From assembly GCA_003331935.1 (NCBI GenBank), contig QOQE01000009.1, positions 3,503-67,502 on the forward strand: 64,000 bases of DNA, read 5' to 3'. The translations under genes were made by a program, and so were the position numbers. Positions 1 to 10,072 of this stretch are shown here, piece after piece. The DNA is from Alphaproteobacteria bacterium. GTDB taxonomy: Bacteria > Pseudomonadota > Alphaproteobacteria > Rhodobacterales > Rhodobacteraceae. The notes beneath the pieces were generated by a model. It was not told the origin of the DNA and did no database searches. It was given only the letters and a program-made list of their open reading frames with translations. Numbering within the stretch: position 1 is the first letter of the stretch; each line of letters begins with the position of its first letter.

Positions 1-597
1 ATCTGTTATTTGTTCAGCCTCTGTTTCATTAGGCGTAATTATTTCACAAGATTGATAAACTTTTTTATTAATCTTTCCAAAAGGTGCGGGATTGAAAATA
101 GTAATCATACCTAATTTTCTAGCTTCCTTTAAAACTGAAAATGTAGTGTCAGAGGACTGCTCAAATTGGGTTAAAAAGATATCTCCCCTTTGCATTTTAG
201 ATTTTTGTGAGTTGAAGTCATTTATGCTGAGTTGAGCTGAAGCCCCTGGATGAACAATGACACTATTTTCTCCAGTTTTATCATCGATAAATATGCCAGC
301 CATCCCAGTAGGCAAAGTTCTGTCTATTTTTACGCTAGTAGATAATTTTTCTTTTCCCCAAATAGTATTTGCATAGCTATAAAAATTATCATTTCCTAAT
401 CGAGTAATTAAAGTTGTATTTCCTCCAAGTTTTTTCGCTGATATAGCTTGATTTGACGCCTTCCCTCCAGGGCCTACATTTGAACCTTTTGCGATAATGG
501 TCTCTCCGGGTTTTACTTTCTTGTCGACATAGAAAGATATATCGACTGCGAATATCCCAAAAACAAAAATGTGTTTATTTTTTGTTTGTAGTGTCAT
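1..597 (-). CDS. PfkB/ribokinase-family carbohydrate kinase, N-terminal 199 codons (3' end lies beyond the left window edge)
   Basis: Not in the ORF track because it is truncated. Manual reverse-complement translation from ATG (597-595) stays open to base 1: MTLQTKNKHIFVFGIFAVDISFYVDKKVKPGETIIAKGSNVGPGGKASNQAISAKKLGGNTTLITRLGNDNFY...MITIFNPAPF...IITPNETEAEQITD. It shows the ribokinase-type GGKxxNQA, NPAP and PNETE motifs. The start overlaps the end of the upstream CoA-transferase gene by 23 nt. Confidence 0.75.
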   Translation of the reverse strand, partial: MTLQTKNKHIFVFGIFAVDISFYVDKKVKPGETIIAKGSNVGPGGKASNQAISAKKLGGNTTLITRLGNDNFYSYANTIWGKEKLSTSVKIDRTLPTGMAGIFIDDKTGENSVIVHPGASAQLSINDFNSQKSKMQRGDIFLTQFEQSSDTTFSVLKEARKLGMITIFNPAPFGKINKKVYQSCEIITPNETEAEQITD

Positions 598-1711
598 GAA
601 ACTCTTTTCTTAATATCTCATTGTGTTGATTAAATTTAGGAGCTTTTTTCTGCGAATCTTCCCAAACCAAAGGTGGCGAGGGAATAGATAAATTATCATC
701 CAGAGTATTTCTTACATTTATTTTTTTTAATGCCAAATGTCTTTCTAAATCCTTAACTGTGTTTAATCTTCCGTATGCAATTGAGGCTTTTTCAAGCCTT
801 TTTTTGAGGGTTTTATCCGTAAGTGACAATAATATTGACTGAATTGTCTCATCTAATAATTCCCTGTTCTTTACTCTTAATGTATTACTAGAAAACTTAT
901 TATTTTTTGAAACGGCAGAGCTTTTGAGAACCTCTGCACAAAATCTTTTCCACTCAAATTCGTTTTGAATTGAAATTATGAAGCTAGTATTTTCGGAGCA
1001 CAGAAAAGCACCATAGGGAGCAATAGAGGGATGTTTAAGGCCAACTCTTTTAGGAGCTGCTCCCCCGTATTTGCTATGAATATATGGAACAGTCATCCAG
1101 TCTGCAGCAACATCAAAAAGTGAAATTTTAACATCTTTTGTTTTATCAAAACGTTCCCTTAATAATAAAGATTCTATTATGCCGGCATGTGCTGCCATCC
1201 CAGCGCCAATATCACAAATTGAGACACCTATCCTGCCCAGTCCTTCCTGAGATCCAGAAACATCTATCAGCCCACTTTCCGCTTGAATTAATAAATCATA
1301 TGACTTCTTTTTCATCATTTCAGGAGTGTCCCCATAGCCAGAGATATCGCAACAAATAAGTCTTGGGTTAATTGACTTTAAAGTGGCACTATCTATTCTC
1401 AATTTTCTCACAGTAGTTGGAGAGAAATTCTGTATAAAAATGTCGGCGTCAGCGATCATATTTAGGAATATTTTTCGATCATCATTTGTCTTCAGATCCA
1501 GTGCAATACTTTCTTTACCTTGATTAAGCCATATGAAATATGAGCTTTCACCTGCAGCTGCGGTGTCGTAGCCTCTAGCGAAATCTCCACCATCTTTTCT
1601 TTCTATCTTAATTACCCGGGCTCCAGCTAATCTGAGTCTATTGGAACAAAAAGGTCCTGCCACAGCTTGTTCGATTGAAACCACCAATATTCCATCAAGT
1701 GGCAAATTCAT
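575..1711 (-). CDS. Class III (CaiB/BaiF family) CoA-transferase
   Basis: 378-aa ORF. The N-terminus LDGILVVSIEQAVAGPFCSNRLRLAGARVIKIER fits the family III CoA-transferase N-terminal signature. 1-nt gap to the upstream acyl-CoA dehydrogenase gene. Confidence 0.85.
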   Translation of the reverse strand: MNLPLDGILVVSIEQAVAGPFCSNRLRLAGARVIKIERKDGGDFARGYDTAAAGESSYFIWLNQGKESIALDLKTNDDRKIFLNMIADADIFIQNFSPTTVRKLRIDSATLKSINPRLICCDISGYGDTPEMMKKKSYDLLIQAESGLIDVSGSQEGLGRIGVSICDIGAGMAAHAGIIESLLLRERFDKTKDVKISLFDVAADWMTVPYIHSKYGGAAPKRVGLKHPSIAPYGAFLCSENTSFIISIQNEFEWKRFCAEVLKSSAVSKNNKFSSNTLRVKNRELLDETIQSILLSLTDKTLKKRLEKASIAYGRLNTVKDLERHLALKKINVRNTLDDNLSIPSPPLVWEDSQKKAPKFNQHNEILRKEFHDTTNKK

Positions 1712-1712
1712 T

Positions 1713-2861
1713 TTAAAAGCTTCTTGGGAGATTCAAAACGTGCTCAGCGAGATAGCTTAGTATCAGATTCCGAGAAACGGGAGCTGTTTGATAAAGACGT
1801 GTTTCTCTGAACTTTCTTTCAATATCATACTCTTTACTAAAGCCAAAGCCCCCAAACGTTTCCATAGCCGTCGTACCAGCTTTCCAACTCGCATCTGCCG
1901 CTAACATTTTCGCCATATTAGCTTCCGCACCACATTTTTTACCTTGGTCAAAAAGCGATGCTGCCTTATCTACCATAAGTGATGCTGCTTCGATTTGCGC
2001 ATAGCATTCGGCAATTGGAAATTGAATTCCTTGGTTAATACCAATTTCTCTGTTAAACACTTTTCTGGTTTTCGCATAGTTAACAGATTTCTCAATAAAA
2101 TATTTTCCATCTCCTATGCACTCTGAAGCTATAAGGACTCTTTCAGCATTCATTCCATCCATAATCACTCGGAATCCTTTATCTTCCTCACCTATTATGC
2201 TTTCATCAGGAATGAAAACGTCATCAAAGAACAATTCGCAGGAATGATGGTTAATCATAGAGTCAATTTTTACGATTTTAAGACCACTTTTTTTAGCTTG
2301 TTCAATGTTAATTAGGAAAACAGAAAACCCATCAGTTTTTTTGGTAAGGGTTCCCTGAGGTTTGGTTCTTGCGAGAAGGATCATTAAGTCAGAGTGTTCG
2401 ACACGACTAATCCATACTTTTTGCCCACTTACGGTCCAACCACCATGTATTTTTTTTGCCATTGTTTTGATACTGGTAGTGTCAGTTCCTGAGTTAGGCT
2501 CAGTAACAGCAAAACTCTGAAGTCTTAGCTCTCCAGAAGATATTTTTGGAAGAAATTCTTTTTTTTGCCTGTCCGATCCGTGCCTTAAAAGGGTACCCAT
2601 GACGTACATTTGAGCATGACATGCACCAGCGTGCGCACCTTGAAGACTTATTTCCTCTAAAACAACACAAGCTTCTTTTAACCCCAGTCCAGCGCCGCCA
2701 TACTCTAGGGGAATAAGTATATTTAAGAAACCACTCGTCGTCATTTCTTTAACAAAATCTGTTGGATATTCTTTGTTTTTATCGAGATTGCGCCAATATT
2801 TTTCTCCAAATTTCTGGCAAATTGCTGCTACAGACTCCCGGATTTGTGTTGTGTCAATCAA
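1713..2861 (-). CDS. Acyl-CoA dehydrogenase family flavoprotein
   Basis: 382-aa ORF with typical ACAD length and motifs (IPLEYGGAGLG, FAVTEPNSGTD, WISRVEHSD, IGEEDKGFRVIMDGMNAERV, C-terminal YQTAPVSRNLILSYLAEHVLNLPRSF). Confidence 0.85.
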   Translation of the reverse strand: MIDTTQIRESVAAICQKFGEKYWRNLDKNKEYPTDFVKEMTTSGFLNILIPLEYGGAGLGLKEACVVLEEISLQGAHAGACHAQMYVMGTLLRHGSDRQKKEFLPKISSGELRLQSFAVTEPNSGTDTTSIKTMAKKIHGGWTVSGQKVWISRVEHSDLMILLARTKPQGTLTKKTDGFSVFLINIEQAKKSGLKIVKIDSMINHHSCELFFDDVFIPDESIIGEEDKGFRVIMDGMNAERVLIASECIGDGKYFIEKSVNYAKTRKVFNREIGINQGIQFPIAECYAQIEAASLMVDKAASLFDQGKKCGAEANMAKMLAADASWKAGTTAMETFGGFGFSKEYDIERKFRETRLYQTAPVSRNLILSYLAEHVLNLPRSF

Positions 2862-2892
2862 ATGGTGCTCCTTACTAAAACCTTATATTTTA

Positions 2893-3192
2893 TTAATAAC
2901 AGTTTCTTTTAAGTTCAGCTATAAGACTCTTCTTATACTCCGCAGAGTTTATTTCTAAAAAACCTAAAGCGGGTAGGCTGATCGCTCCTAAAAAGTATGT
3001 CGACAATGCGCCTCGTGCTACGCTCTCGCTGGGGTCACTTTTTTGATCAAGTATTTTTTTTCTTATTTCTCTGCACCCCTGCGTATGATATTTCTCATTG
3101 GTTGGGTCAAGTCTTATAATTTCACGGTTTAGATTTGAGGAGCAACAACATAGAAAAGCAAAAACAACAGTTATGAAAATTTTTCTATACAT
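2893..3192 (-). CDS. Small exported protein or putative lipoprotein, unknown function
   Basis: 99-aa ORF with ATG start and an N-terminal hydrophobic signal-like segment MYRKIFITVVFAFLCCCSS (Cys cluster at the end of the h-region). 31 nt upstream of the ACAD gene on the same strand. No family recognised. Confidence 0.45.
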   Translation of the reverse strand: MYRKIFITVVFAFLCCCSSNLNREIIRLDPTNEKYHTQGCREIRKKILDQKSDPSESVARGALSTYFLGAISLPALGFLEINSAEYKKSLIAELKRNCY

Positions 3193-3349
3193 AAATTTTT
3201 AACTTTTCCTTTGTTTTATAATAAATTTATTTTTTTTGCAGGCTTGGATCATTAAGATAAGGGAGCTCCATTTAAAGCAATTTTTGCAATTATGCCTCAG
3301 CGTTCGAGTATTATCATTTCGTTCTCCAAGGAAAAATCCACTAAAAATG

Positions 3350-5791
3350 CTAAACCCTAACTTTTTCAGATCTAGGGTCATACAATGGTTTTGATGATAT
3401 CTTTGCCTTTGCCATTGTACCTGATATCTCAATATGAAAATCAGAGGCCTCAACTGATTTTATGGCTTCTTCTTTTAATGGAATATAACCCATGCCGATA
3501 GCTGATCCTAAAAAGTGACCATAGTTACCAGAAGTCAAATAGGAAATAAGTTTGCCATCTCGATATATCGGCTCGTTATGAAAGAGGAATAATTCTGGAT
3601 CTTCTAGTTGGAATTGGTAGAGATATTTTTCTAGCCCCTGGTTGTTTTTCCTTATAACAGATTCTTTACCTATAAAATCATCTTTGTCTGTTTGTACCGC
3701 AAAACCAAGCCCAGCCTCTAAGACATGATCTTCTCCAGTAATATCATAGCCGAAATGACGATAGGCTTTTTCAATCCTACAGCTATCTAAGCTATGGAGA
3801 CCACAGAGCTTAAGCTTATATTTTTTTCCAGCCTCTTGTATTGTTTCAAAAACATGACAAGCCTGATCGGAGCTGACAAAAAGTTCCCAACCCAATTCGC
3901 CAACATAGCTAATTCGATGTGCTCTAGCTAGTCCATACCCTATTTCTATTTCCTTAGCTAGTCCAAATGAATGGCTATTGTTATCAAATTTGTTTGGTGA
4001 TATTTCTGATAATAGTTTTCTTGAATTAGGTCCCATTAATACTAAAACAGCTTCAGATGAAGTAACGTCAGTTACCACTACATTAAAGCTTTCTTTGTGG
4101 CGGTTAAGCCAATTTAAGTCTCGCACGAGAGTGGTAGCGGGCACTACTAATAAAAAGCAATCCCGCTCTAAACGAGTGACTGTGAGGTCACTTTCGATAC
4201 CACCATTTGAGTTTAGCATCTGGGTATAAACTATTTTTCCAATATCTACATCGACGTTATTTCCAAACATCCTTTGGCAGAATGAAAGAGCATCTATCCC
4301 TTCAACCCTTATTTTTCCAAAACTACTCATATCTATCAGACCAACATTATTTCGGATCGCTAAATGTTCTAGTTTATGATTTTCAAACCAGTTTTGTTTT
4401 TTCCAATCATAGATGTACTTTTTTTCCTGATTCCCAATTGCAAACCAGTTGGCTCTTTCCCAACCTGCTAACTCACCAAAAACTGCATTTTCCTTTTTTA
4501 GATGTTCATGAAGCGTTGATCTCCGGATTCCCCGTGATGTTTCAACCTGTCGATAGGGGAAATGATCTGCAAACAATAATCCTAATGACTCTTTTACTCG
4601 ATCTTTCAAATAAAGACGGTTTCTTTGGAAGGGTTGAGCTCTTCTTATATCAACGTCCCATAAGTCGAAGGGAGGTGAACCTTGGTCGATCCACTGTGCT
4701 AAGGCCATCCCAGCACCACCTGAAGAGACGATTCCAATTGAATTATAGCCAGCTGCCACCCAAAATCCTTTAAGTTCGGGAGCTTCTCCCAAATAGTATT
4801 TATCGTCCGGTGTAAAACTCTCCGGGCCATTGAAAAATGTTTGAATACCATATTTTTCTAATATTGGTATTCGATTAATTGCTTTCTCCAATATTGGTTC
4901 AAAGTGGTCTAGATCCTCTGGCAACTGGTCGAAGCAGAAATTCTCATCAATTCCATCCATTCCCCATGGTTTTGCTTCCAATTCAAAGGCCCCAACTAAA
5001 AACTTTCCTGCATCCTCTTTGTAATAAGTTTGTTCATCGGGCATTCTCAAAACTGGCAATGTACTCAGGTTCTTTACTGGTTCTGTCACAATGTAGAAAT
5101 GCTCACAGGCATGAAGTGGAACATTAACACCATGGCTTTCGGCAAAATCCCTTGCCCACATGCCTGCACAATTTGCAGCATTTTCAGTCTTTATGAGGCC
5201 TTTTCCAAATTCATTTTTCCAGTGAACTCCACTAACTGAATTATTATGAGTATTCAATCCAGTTACCTTTGTATCCTCAAAAATTTTGACACCTAAATCT
5301 CGTGCTCCTTTTGCTAATGCCATTGTGATATTCGCAGGATCACCTTGACCATCTAGTGGCAGATGTACGGCACCTCTTACGCCATTGACATTTAAAAATG
5401 GATGCAAAGATTTCAACTCGGAAACGGAAATCTCATTAGCTTCTACATCAAATGCCTTAGCCATCGATGCCTGCCTAAGTATCTCCTCATGACGGTGCTC
5501 AGTTAGCGCTACTGTTAATGAGCCATTTTGTTTTACACCCGTGGAAATTCCTGTTTCCTTCTCAAGGTTCATGTAGAGGTCTGCAGAATACTTAGCTAAT
5601 CTCGTAATATTTAAGGTTGGTCTTAATTGCCCAATAAGCCCCGCTGCATGCCAAGTGGTCCCTGAAGTCAATTTTTTTCTTTCCAAAAGAACAATGTCTT
5701 TCCAACCTATTTTTGCAAGATGATAGGCAAGCGAGCATCCTGATATACCACCTCCGATAATTACAATTCGTGCCTCTGACGGTATGCTCAT
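3350..5791 (-). CDS. FAD-dependent dimethylglycine/sarcosine dehydrogenase family protein (DAO domain plus GcvT-like folate-binding aminomethyltransferase domain)
   Basis: Track ORF 3350-5803 (817 aa). It has the dinucleotide fold IVIIGGGISGCSLAYHLAK, the covalent-flavin-type motif SGTTWHAAGL, and a C-terminal GcvT-like region (ISYVGELGWELF). Start placed at ATG 5791 (MSIPSEAR) because GGGGGA lies 4 nt upstream. ATG 5803 is the alternative. Confidence 0.85.
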   Translation of the reverse strand: MSIPSEARIVIIGGGISGCSLAYHLAKIGWKDIVLLERKKLTSGTTWHAAGLIGQLRPTLNITRLAKYSADLYMNLEKETGISTGVKQNGSLTVALTEHRHEEILRQASMAKAFDVEANEISVSELKSLHPFLNVNGVRGAVHLPLDGQGDPANITMALAKGARDLGVKIFEDTKVTGLNTHNNSVSGVHWKNEFGKGLIKTENAANCAGMWARDFAESHGVNVPLHACEHFYIVTEPVKNLSTLPVLRMPDEQTYYKEDAGKFLVGAFELEAKPWGMDGIDENFCFDQLPEDLDHFEPILEKAINRIPILEKYGIQTFFNGPESFTPDDKYYLGEAPELKGFWVAAGYNSIGIVSSGGAGMALAQWIDQGSPPFDLWDVDIRRAQPFQRNRLYLKDRVKESLGLLFADHFPYRQVETSRGIRRSTLHEHLKKENAVFGELAGWERANWFAIGNQEKKYIYDWKKQNWFENHKLEHLAIRNNVGLIDMSSFGKIRVEGIDALSFCQRMFGNNVDVDIGKIVYTQMLNSNGGIESDLTVTRLERDCFLLVVPATTLVRDLNWLNRHKESFNVVVTDVTSSEAVLVLMGPNSRKLLSEISPNKFDNNSHSFGLAKEIEIGYGLARAHRISYVGELGWELFVSSDQACHVFETIQEAGKKYKLKLCGLHSLDSCRIEKAYRHFGYDITGEDHVLEAGLGFAVQTDKDDFIGKESVIRKNNQGLEKYLYQFQLEDPELFLFHNEPIYRDGKLISYLTSGNYGHFLGSAIGMGYIPLKEEAIKSVEASDFHIEISGTMAKAKISSKPLYDPRSEKVRV

Positions 5792-5900
5792 TAAATCCCC
5801 CATTGTTCCGAAATACTAACAAACATACGCAATAAAAGGCAAGAGATTGAATAACTAAATCGTAGTATATTTATCGGTTATAATATTCTAAGTTTTTGGC

Positions 5901-6965
5901 CTATATGATGTCAAAATCGAGACATATTTCTTTGTCAAACGGTTCTAATTGACAGGATAATAGAAACCCTTTTTTAATTTCCCAATCTTCCAATGAGAAG
6001 TTTTTTCTCATCAGCGCTTTCCCTGAACTAACCTTACAACGGCAGGTAGCACACATGCCATTCTTGCAAGAATAGGGAACACTTATTCCGTATTTTTTAG
6101 CCTTTTCTATAAAATCATCATTTTTATTCATATAAAAAATTTTCTTACTACCATCAATTAAGACCTCTATTTTACTTTGACTGGCATCAAAATTTTTAGC
6201 TATGCTTTTTGTTGTCTTATTCTCAGCAACATAGAAAAGCTCAGTCTTTATTTTTCGTTCTGATAAACCTCTGTCTTTTAAGAAGGATCTCAGTGCCTTT
6301 GTCATCTCCATCGGTCCGCAAATGAAACATTGGTCTATAGTTTGAATATCAATAAGATTTCTTTCACTAAGAAAAGTGATTTTATCTTTAGTTATTCTGC
6401 CATTTAAAAAATCGGTGTCCTGGATTTCTCGAGAGAAAAAATTAAAAACTACTAACCTATCGAGATATTTATCCTTTAAATTTTGAATATCGTCCCTATA
6501 CATCATATCAGCATAGGTTTTATTTGAATAAAGAAGTGTTACCTTTGTTCGAGTATTTTTTTTTAATTGCGACTTCAAAATTGATACCATAGGAGTAATT
6601 CCAGACCCGGCAGCGATCAGTAGCACCCGACTAGGTTCCTTACTATCAAGAACGAAGTTACCCTCTGGGTTAGATATTTGTATTTTATCTTCTAAGTTTT
6701 TTGTTTTTAGAAACTTAGAAAACATGCCATTTTTTATATGCTTGACACCGATCTCAATAAAGTTTCTATCTGGTTCTGAGCTAATTGAATAGGTTCGCAC
6801 ATGGGCTTTCTTTTTTATTTCAAACTTTATGGAGATGTATTGACCAGGCTTGAAATGAAACTCATCAAGAAGTGTTTCAGGCAGAGCAAACCTTATTCTG
6901 CTGCTACCTTCAGTCTCTTTTTCAATAGATTGAATCCTTAGATTGTGAAAAGCCTGTTTATTCAT
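5901..6965 (-). CDS. paaE: Phenylacetyl-CoA 1,2-epoxidase reductase subunit PaaE (FNR-like plus plant-type 2Fe-2S)
   Basis: 354 aa with RTYSISS (FAD RxYS motif), AAGSGITP (NAD(P) binding) and a C-terminal CKNGMCATCRC...C ferredoxin cysteine cluster. It is the last gene of the conserved paaABCDE order. Confidence 0.9.
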   Translation of the reverse strand: MNKQAFHNLRIQSIEKETEGSSRIRFALPETLLDEFHFKPGQYISIKFEIKKKAHVRTYSISSEPDRNFIEIGVKHIKNGMFSKFLKTKNLEDKIQISNPEGNFVLDSKEPSRVLLIAAGSGITPMVSILKSQLKKNTRTKVTLLYSNKTYADMMYRDDIQNLKDKYLDRLVVFNFFSREIQDTDFLNGRITKDKITFLSERNLIDIQTIDQCFICGPMEMTKALRSFLKDRGLSERKIKTELFYVAENKTTKSIAKNFDASQSKIEVLIDGSKKIFYMNKNDDFIEKAKKYGISVPYSCKNGMCATCRCKVSSGKALMRKNFSLEDWEIKKGFLLSCQLEPFDKEICLDFDII

Positions 6966-7448
6966 TTAAACACACTTGAAATGATCAAACGGCTCTTTGC
7001 AGGCTAAACATCTATACAACGATTTGCACGCAGTTGAACCAAACTCTGAAACCTTCTCAGTTTCAAAAGATGTACACTGAGGGCACCTAACTTTTTTCGA
7101 AGTGGCATCTCCGAGATTTCTTCGGTCTTTAAGAAGAGGAGGTGAAATTCCAAACTCCTCCATTTTTTTTCTTCCATTTTCTGATATCCAATCTGAGCTC
7201 CATGGTGGAGAGAATGACTTTTCAATTAATGCATTTATACCAACTTTTTTCAGCTCGCCTGTAATGTTGTCTTCAATTACTGAAAGAGCAGGGCAACCAA
7301 TATATGTAGGTGCGATGGTTACTATAAAATTGTCTTTTTTTATTTTTATATCTCTTATCACTCCTAAGTCATTCAAGGTTAGGAAGGGTAATTCAGGGTC
7401 CGTCAATTCTCTAAGCACATCCCATGCTTTTTCAGTGTTCTTTCTCAT
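6966..7448 (-). CDS. paaD: Phenylacetyl-CoA epoxidase assembly subunit PaaD
   Basis: Track ORF 6966-7457. It has ELTDPELPFLTLNDLGVIRDI (DUF59/MIP18-like) and a C-terminal Cys cluster CPQCTS...CKSLYRCLACKEPFDHFKC. ATG at 7448 lies 2 nt after the paaC stop. TTG 7457 is the alternative start. Confidence 0.85.
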   Translation of the reverse strand: MRKNTEKAWDVLRELTDPELPFLTLNDLGVIRDIKIKKDNFIVTIAPTYIGCPALSVIEDNITGELKKVGINALIEKSFSPPWSSDWISENGRKKMEEFGISPPLLKDRRNLGDATSKKVRCPQCTSFETEKVSEFGSTACKSLYRCLACKEPFDHFKCV

Positions 7449-7450
7449 GA

Positions 7451-8218
7451 TTACCAACTTGAGTTAGGGAATGTTCTTTGCATGTACTGTAAGTCCGAAA
7501 GAAGATACCCAAATACCTCAGTATGTTCCCCGTTACGGCCCCCTCTTTTTTTCAGAGTTATATTCGGCAAATCTAAATTTGCTTTCGTGAAAACACTTTG
7601 AACCTCAGCTTTCCATTTCTCACATATTAGCCCCAGTTCTGGGAAAAAATCCTTTTGAAAACTCTCTCTTGTGAAATTGTCTTCACTGAAAAGCTCACCA
7701 ACAAACGGCTCTAAATTTATTATTGCATCAGACATCTTTCTATTGCTTTCCTCGGTCCCGTCTCCCAGAGTGATTACCCACTGAGAAGAGTATTGTGAAT
7801 GATATGAGGTTTCCAAAACTGCTTTTTCAGAAAATTTCTTTAATTTTTCAAAACAGCATTGTTCCTTTAAAGCTTCCCAGAAATATTTCATGAATGTCGA
7901 AAAATAGAAGAGGCGTAAGACAGTATTGCCAAAATGTCCGTTTTCTTGCTCCACCAGCAGTACATTTTTGTATTCATGTTCCAGTCGCAGAAAAGCTAGT
8001 GCATCTTCATTCGCATATTTGGGGTTCAGTTCACAAGCTAGTATGTATAATGCCTGGGCATGCCCTATTAAGTCGAGAGCTATATTGGGTAATGCAAGAT
8101 CCTCCTCTAATGTAGGCGCATGTCCACACCACTCCGAGGTTCTGTGACCTAAGATTAAATTATCATCAGCCAATCTTAAAAGACCCTCGAAAACCATATC
8201 GGTCATTTTCTTTCGCAT
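7451..8218 (-). CDS. paaC: Phenylacetyl-CoA epoxidase subunit PaaC
   Basis: 255 aa. LADDNLILGHRTSEWCGHAPTLEEDLALPNIALDLIGHA matches my recollection of PaaC. The start overlaps the paaB stop (TAATG). Confidence 0.85.
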   Translation of the reverse strand: MRKKMTDMVFEGLLRLADDNLILGHRTSEWCGHAPTLEEDLALPNIALDLIGHAQALYILACELNPKYANEDALAFLRLEHEYKNVLLVEQENGHFGNTVLRLFYFSTFMKYFWEALKEQCCFEKLKKFSEKAVLETSYHSQYSSQWVITLGDGTEESNRKMSDAIINLEPFVGELFSEDNFTRESFQKDFFPELGLICEKWKAEVQSVFTKANLDLPNITLKKRGGRNGEHTEVFGYLLSDLQYMQRTFPNSSW

Positions 8219-8508
8219 TACATATGGCCTACATCATCTGGGACATCATAAAAGGTAGGGTGGCGATATATCTTGTCATCGGAGCTAAAAACTTCATCTT
8301 TCTTATCAGGGTCAGACGATACTATATCAGTTGACTTTACAACCCAAATTGATTGACCCTCTCCTCTGCGTGCGTAAACGTTTCTTGCGGATAGTATTGC
8401 CAATTCGCGATCTGAAGCGTGAACTGACCCGCAATGACGATGGGACAGACCATTTTTTGGTTGAATAAAAACCTCCCAAAGGCACGTTTCTTTTTCTTCT
8501 TTGGTCAA
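8218..8508 (-). CDS. paaB: Phenylacetyl-CoA epoxidase subunit PaaB
   Basis: 96 aa. WEVFIQPKNGLSHRHCGSVHA...IWVVKSTDIVSS...YRHPTFYDVPDDVGHM is nearly colinear with enterobacterial PaaB as I recall it. Confidence 0.9.
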   Translation of the reverse strand: MTKEEKETCLWEVFIQPKNGLSHRHCGSVHASDRELAILSARNVYARRGEGQSIWVVKSTDIVSSDPDKKDEVFSSDDKIYRHPTFYDVPDDVGHM

Positions 8509-8509
8509 T

Positions 8510-9481
8510 CTACTCTGCAGCCTGTAAAGCCGCTTGTTTCTTTAAGGCATGTTCGCGTGCAGCATCTCTAACCCAAGTACCTTCATTCCACGCTCTTTGT
8601 TTAGCTGCTAATCTTTCGTTATTCATAGGGCCATCGCCTTTAATAACTCTCCAGAACTCATCCCAGTCGATTTTTCCATAAGCATAACCACCTGTACCTT
8701 TATTTCTTTTCTTATCCCATTTTAAATCCCTATCAGGAATGGTAAGGCCAATCTTTTTAGCCTGGGGCACTATGGCATCTACAAATTTTTGCCTCAGTTC
8801 GTCATTTGTATATCTTTTTATTTTCCATCTAACAGAGTCTTCCGTATTAGTGCTATCTGCGTCGCTTGGCCCAAACATCATAACACTAGGCCACCACCAT
8901 CTGTTAAGTGCTCTTTGGGCCATGTCTTTTTGTGCTTCTGTACCTTTTGCTAGAGTAAGCATGATCTCATAACCTTGGCGCTGATGAAAGCTTTCCTCTT
9001 TACAAATTCTGATCATAGCTCGCGCGTAAGGTCCATATGAACAGCGGCAAAGTGGAATTTGATTCATTATTGCTGCACCATCTACGAGCCATCCAATAGC
9101 TCCAATATCTGCCCATGTAGGTGTAGGATAATTGAAAATAGACGAATATTTCGCCTTACCAGATAGTAATTCTTGGGTCATGTCCATTCTAGACTTTCCA
9201 AGTGTCTCGGCAGCGCAGTAAAGATACAAACCATGGCCTGCTTCGTCCTGTACCTTTGCTAAAAGAGATAACTTTCTTTTAAGTGTAGGTGCCCTCGTAA
9301 TCCAATTGCCCTCAGGAAGCATTCCCACAACTTCCGAGTGCGCGTGTTGTCCTATTTGCCTAATGAGCGTTTTCCTGTAGGCCTCTGGCATAAAATCCTT
9401 GGGCTCTATCTTTTCATCCTGGTCAATTTTTGCCTCAAATTCTTTTATTAAAGAGCCCGTTTTTTGTAATTCTGTAGTCAT
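8510..9481 (-). CDS. paaA: Phenylacetyl-CoA 1,2-epoxidase catalytic diiron subunit PaaA
   Basis: 323 aa. [49 protein letters not shown] and [11 protein letters not shown] (diiron ligand motifs) are highly similar to E. coli PaaA as recalled. Confidence 0.95.
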   Translation of the reverse strand: MTTELQKTGSLIKEFEAKIDQDEKIEPKDFMPEAYRKTLIRQIGQHAHSEVVGMLPEGNWITRAPTLKRKLSLLAKVQDEAGHGLYLYCAAETLGKSRMDMTQELLSGKAKYSSIFNYPTPTWADIGAIGWLVDGAAIMNQIPLCRCSYGPYARAMIRICKEESFHQRQGYEIMLTLAKGTEAQKDMAQRALNRWWWPSVMMFGPSDADSTNTEDSVRWKIKRYTNDELRQKFVDAIVPQAKKIGLTIPDRDLKWDKKRNKGTGGYAYGKIDWDEFWRVIKGDGPMNNERLAAKQRAWNEGTWVRDAAREHALKKQAALQAAE

Positions 9482-9642
9482 TGCTCCAATTACCGTCTTC
9501 CTTAAAAATATCAGTATACTTTATATGATAAAAAAAATTAATCTTCAATATCAACCGCTATTATATCAAAAAAAATTGCTTTGAAAATTTATCTAATGTT
9601 AATCTAACCCAAGTCCAATTTTATATACTAGCAAGAGAGAGC

Positions 9643-10068
9643 ATGACGCCTTTAGAACGCGCAAAAAAATCCGCAGAAATAATGTGGAAAAAAGACAGAG
9701 CCTCTCAGGGGATTGGTATAAAAATTGAGAGTGTAGCCCCTGGAAAGGCTGATTTAAGTTTAACAGTTCAGAGCAAACACTTAAATGGCCACGATATTTG
9801 CCATGGAGGTTTTATTTTTACTCTCGCAGATAGTGCGTTTGCATTTGCTTGCAATAGCTATAACCAAGCGGCAGTTGCTCAAAATAACATGATTACTTTT
9901 ATAGCGCCCGCGCAGAGAGGTGAGAAGCTAATTGCAAAAGCGAGAGAGGTAAGCCGGACAGGTCGTTCGGGGATCTATGATGTTTCAGTTTTTAACGAAA
10001 AAAAACAGAAGATAGCTGAATTTAGAGGACTTTCAAGAACAATAGGCGGACAAAACTTCAAGGAATAA
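9643..10068 (+). CDS. paaI: Hotdog-fold (hydroxy)phenylacetyl-CoA thioesterase PaaI
   Basis: 141 aa with LNGHDICHGGFIFTLADSAFAFACNS, the hotdog thioesterase core. It lies directly upstream of paaK and divergent from paaA. Confidence 0.85.
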   Translation: MTPLERAKKSAEIMWKKDRASQGIGIKIESVAPGKADLSLTVQSKHLNGHDICHGGFIFTLADSAFAFACNSYNQAAVAQNNMITFIAPAQRGEKLIAKAREVSRTGRSGIYDVSVFNEKKQKIAEFRGLSRTIGGQNFKE

Positions 10069-10072
10069 AATC

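Noticed and set aside
3199-3453. 84-aa minus-strand ORF overlapping the 3' end of the DMGDH-family gene.
   Set aside because: It overlaps the real gene's last ~100 nt in another frame and continues into an AT-rich spacer. It has no SD or motif and is probably spurious.
4207-4773. 188-aa plus-strand ORF inside the DMGDH-family gene.
   Set aside because: It lies entirely antisense to a well-supported 813-aa gene. Its composition is low-complexity (rich in L, F, S), and it has no SD or recognisable motif. This is a typical shadow ORF in AT-rich DNA. The same applies to 3978-4229, 4879-5127 and 5030-5239.
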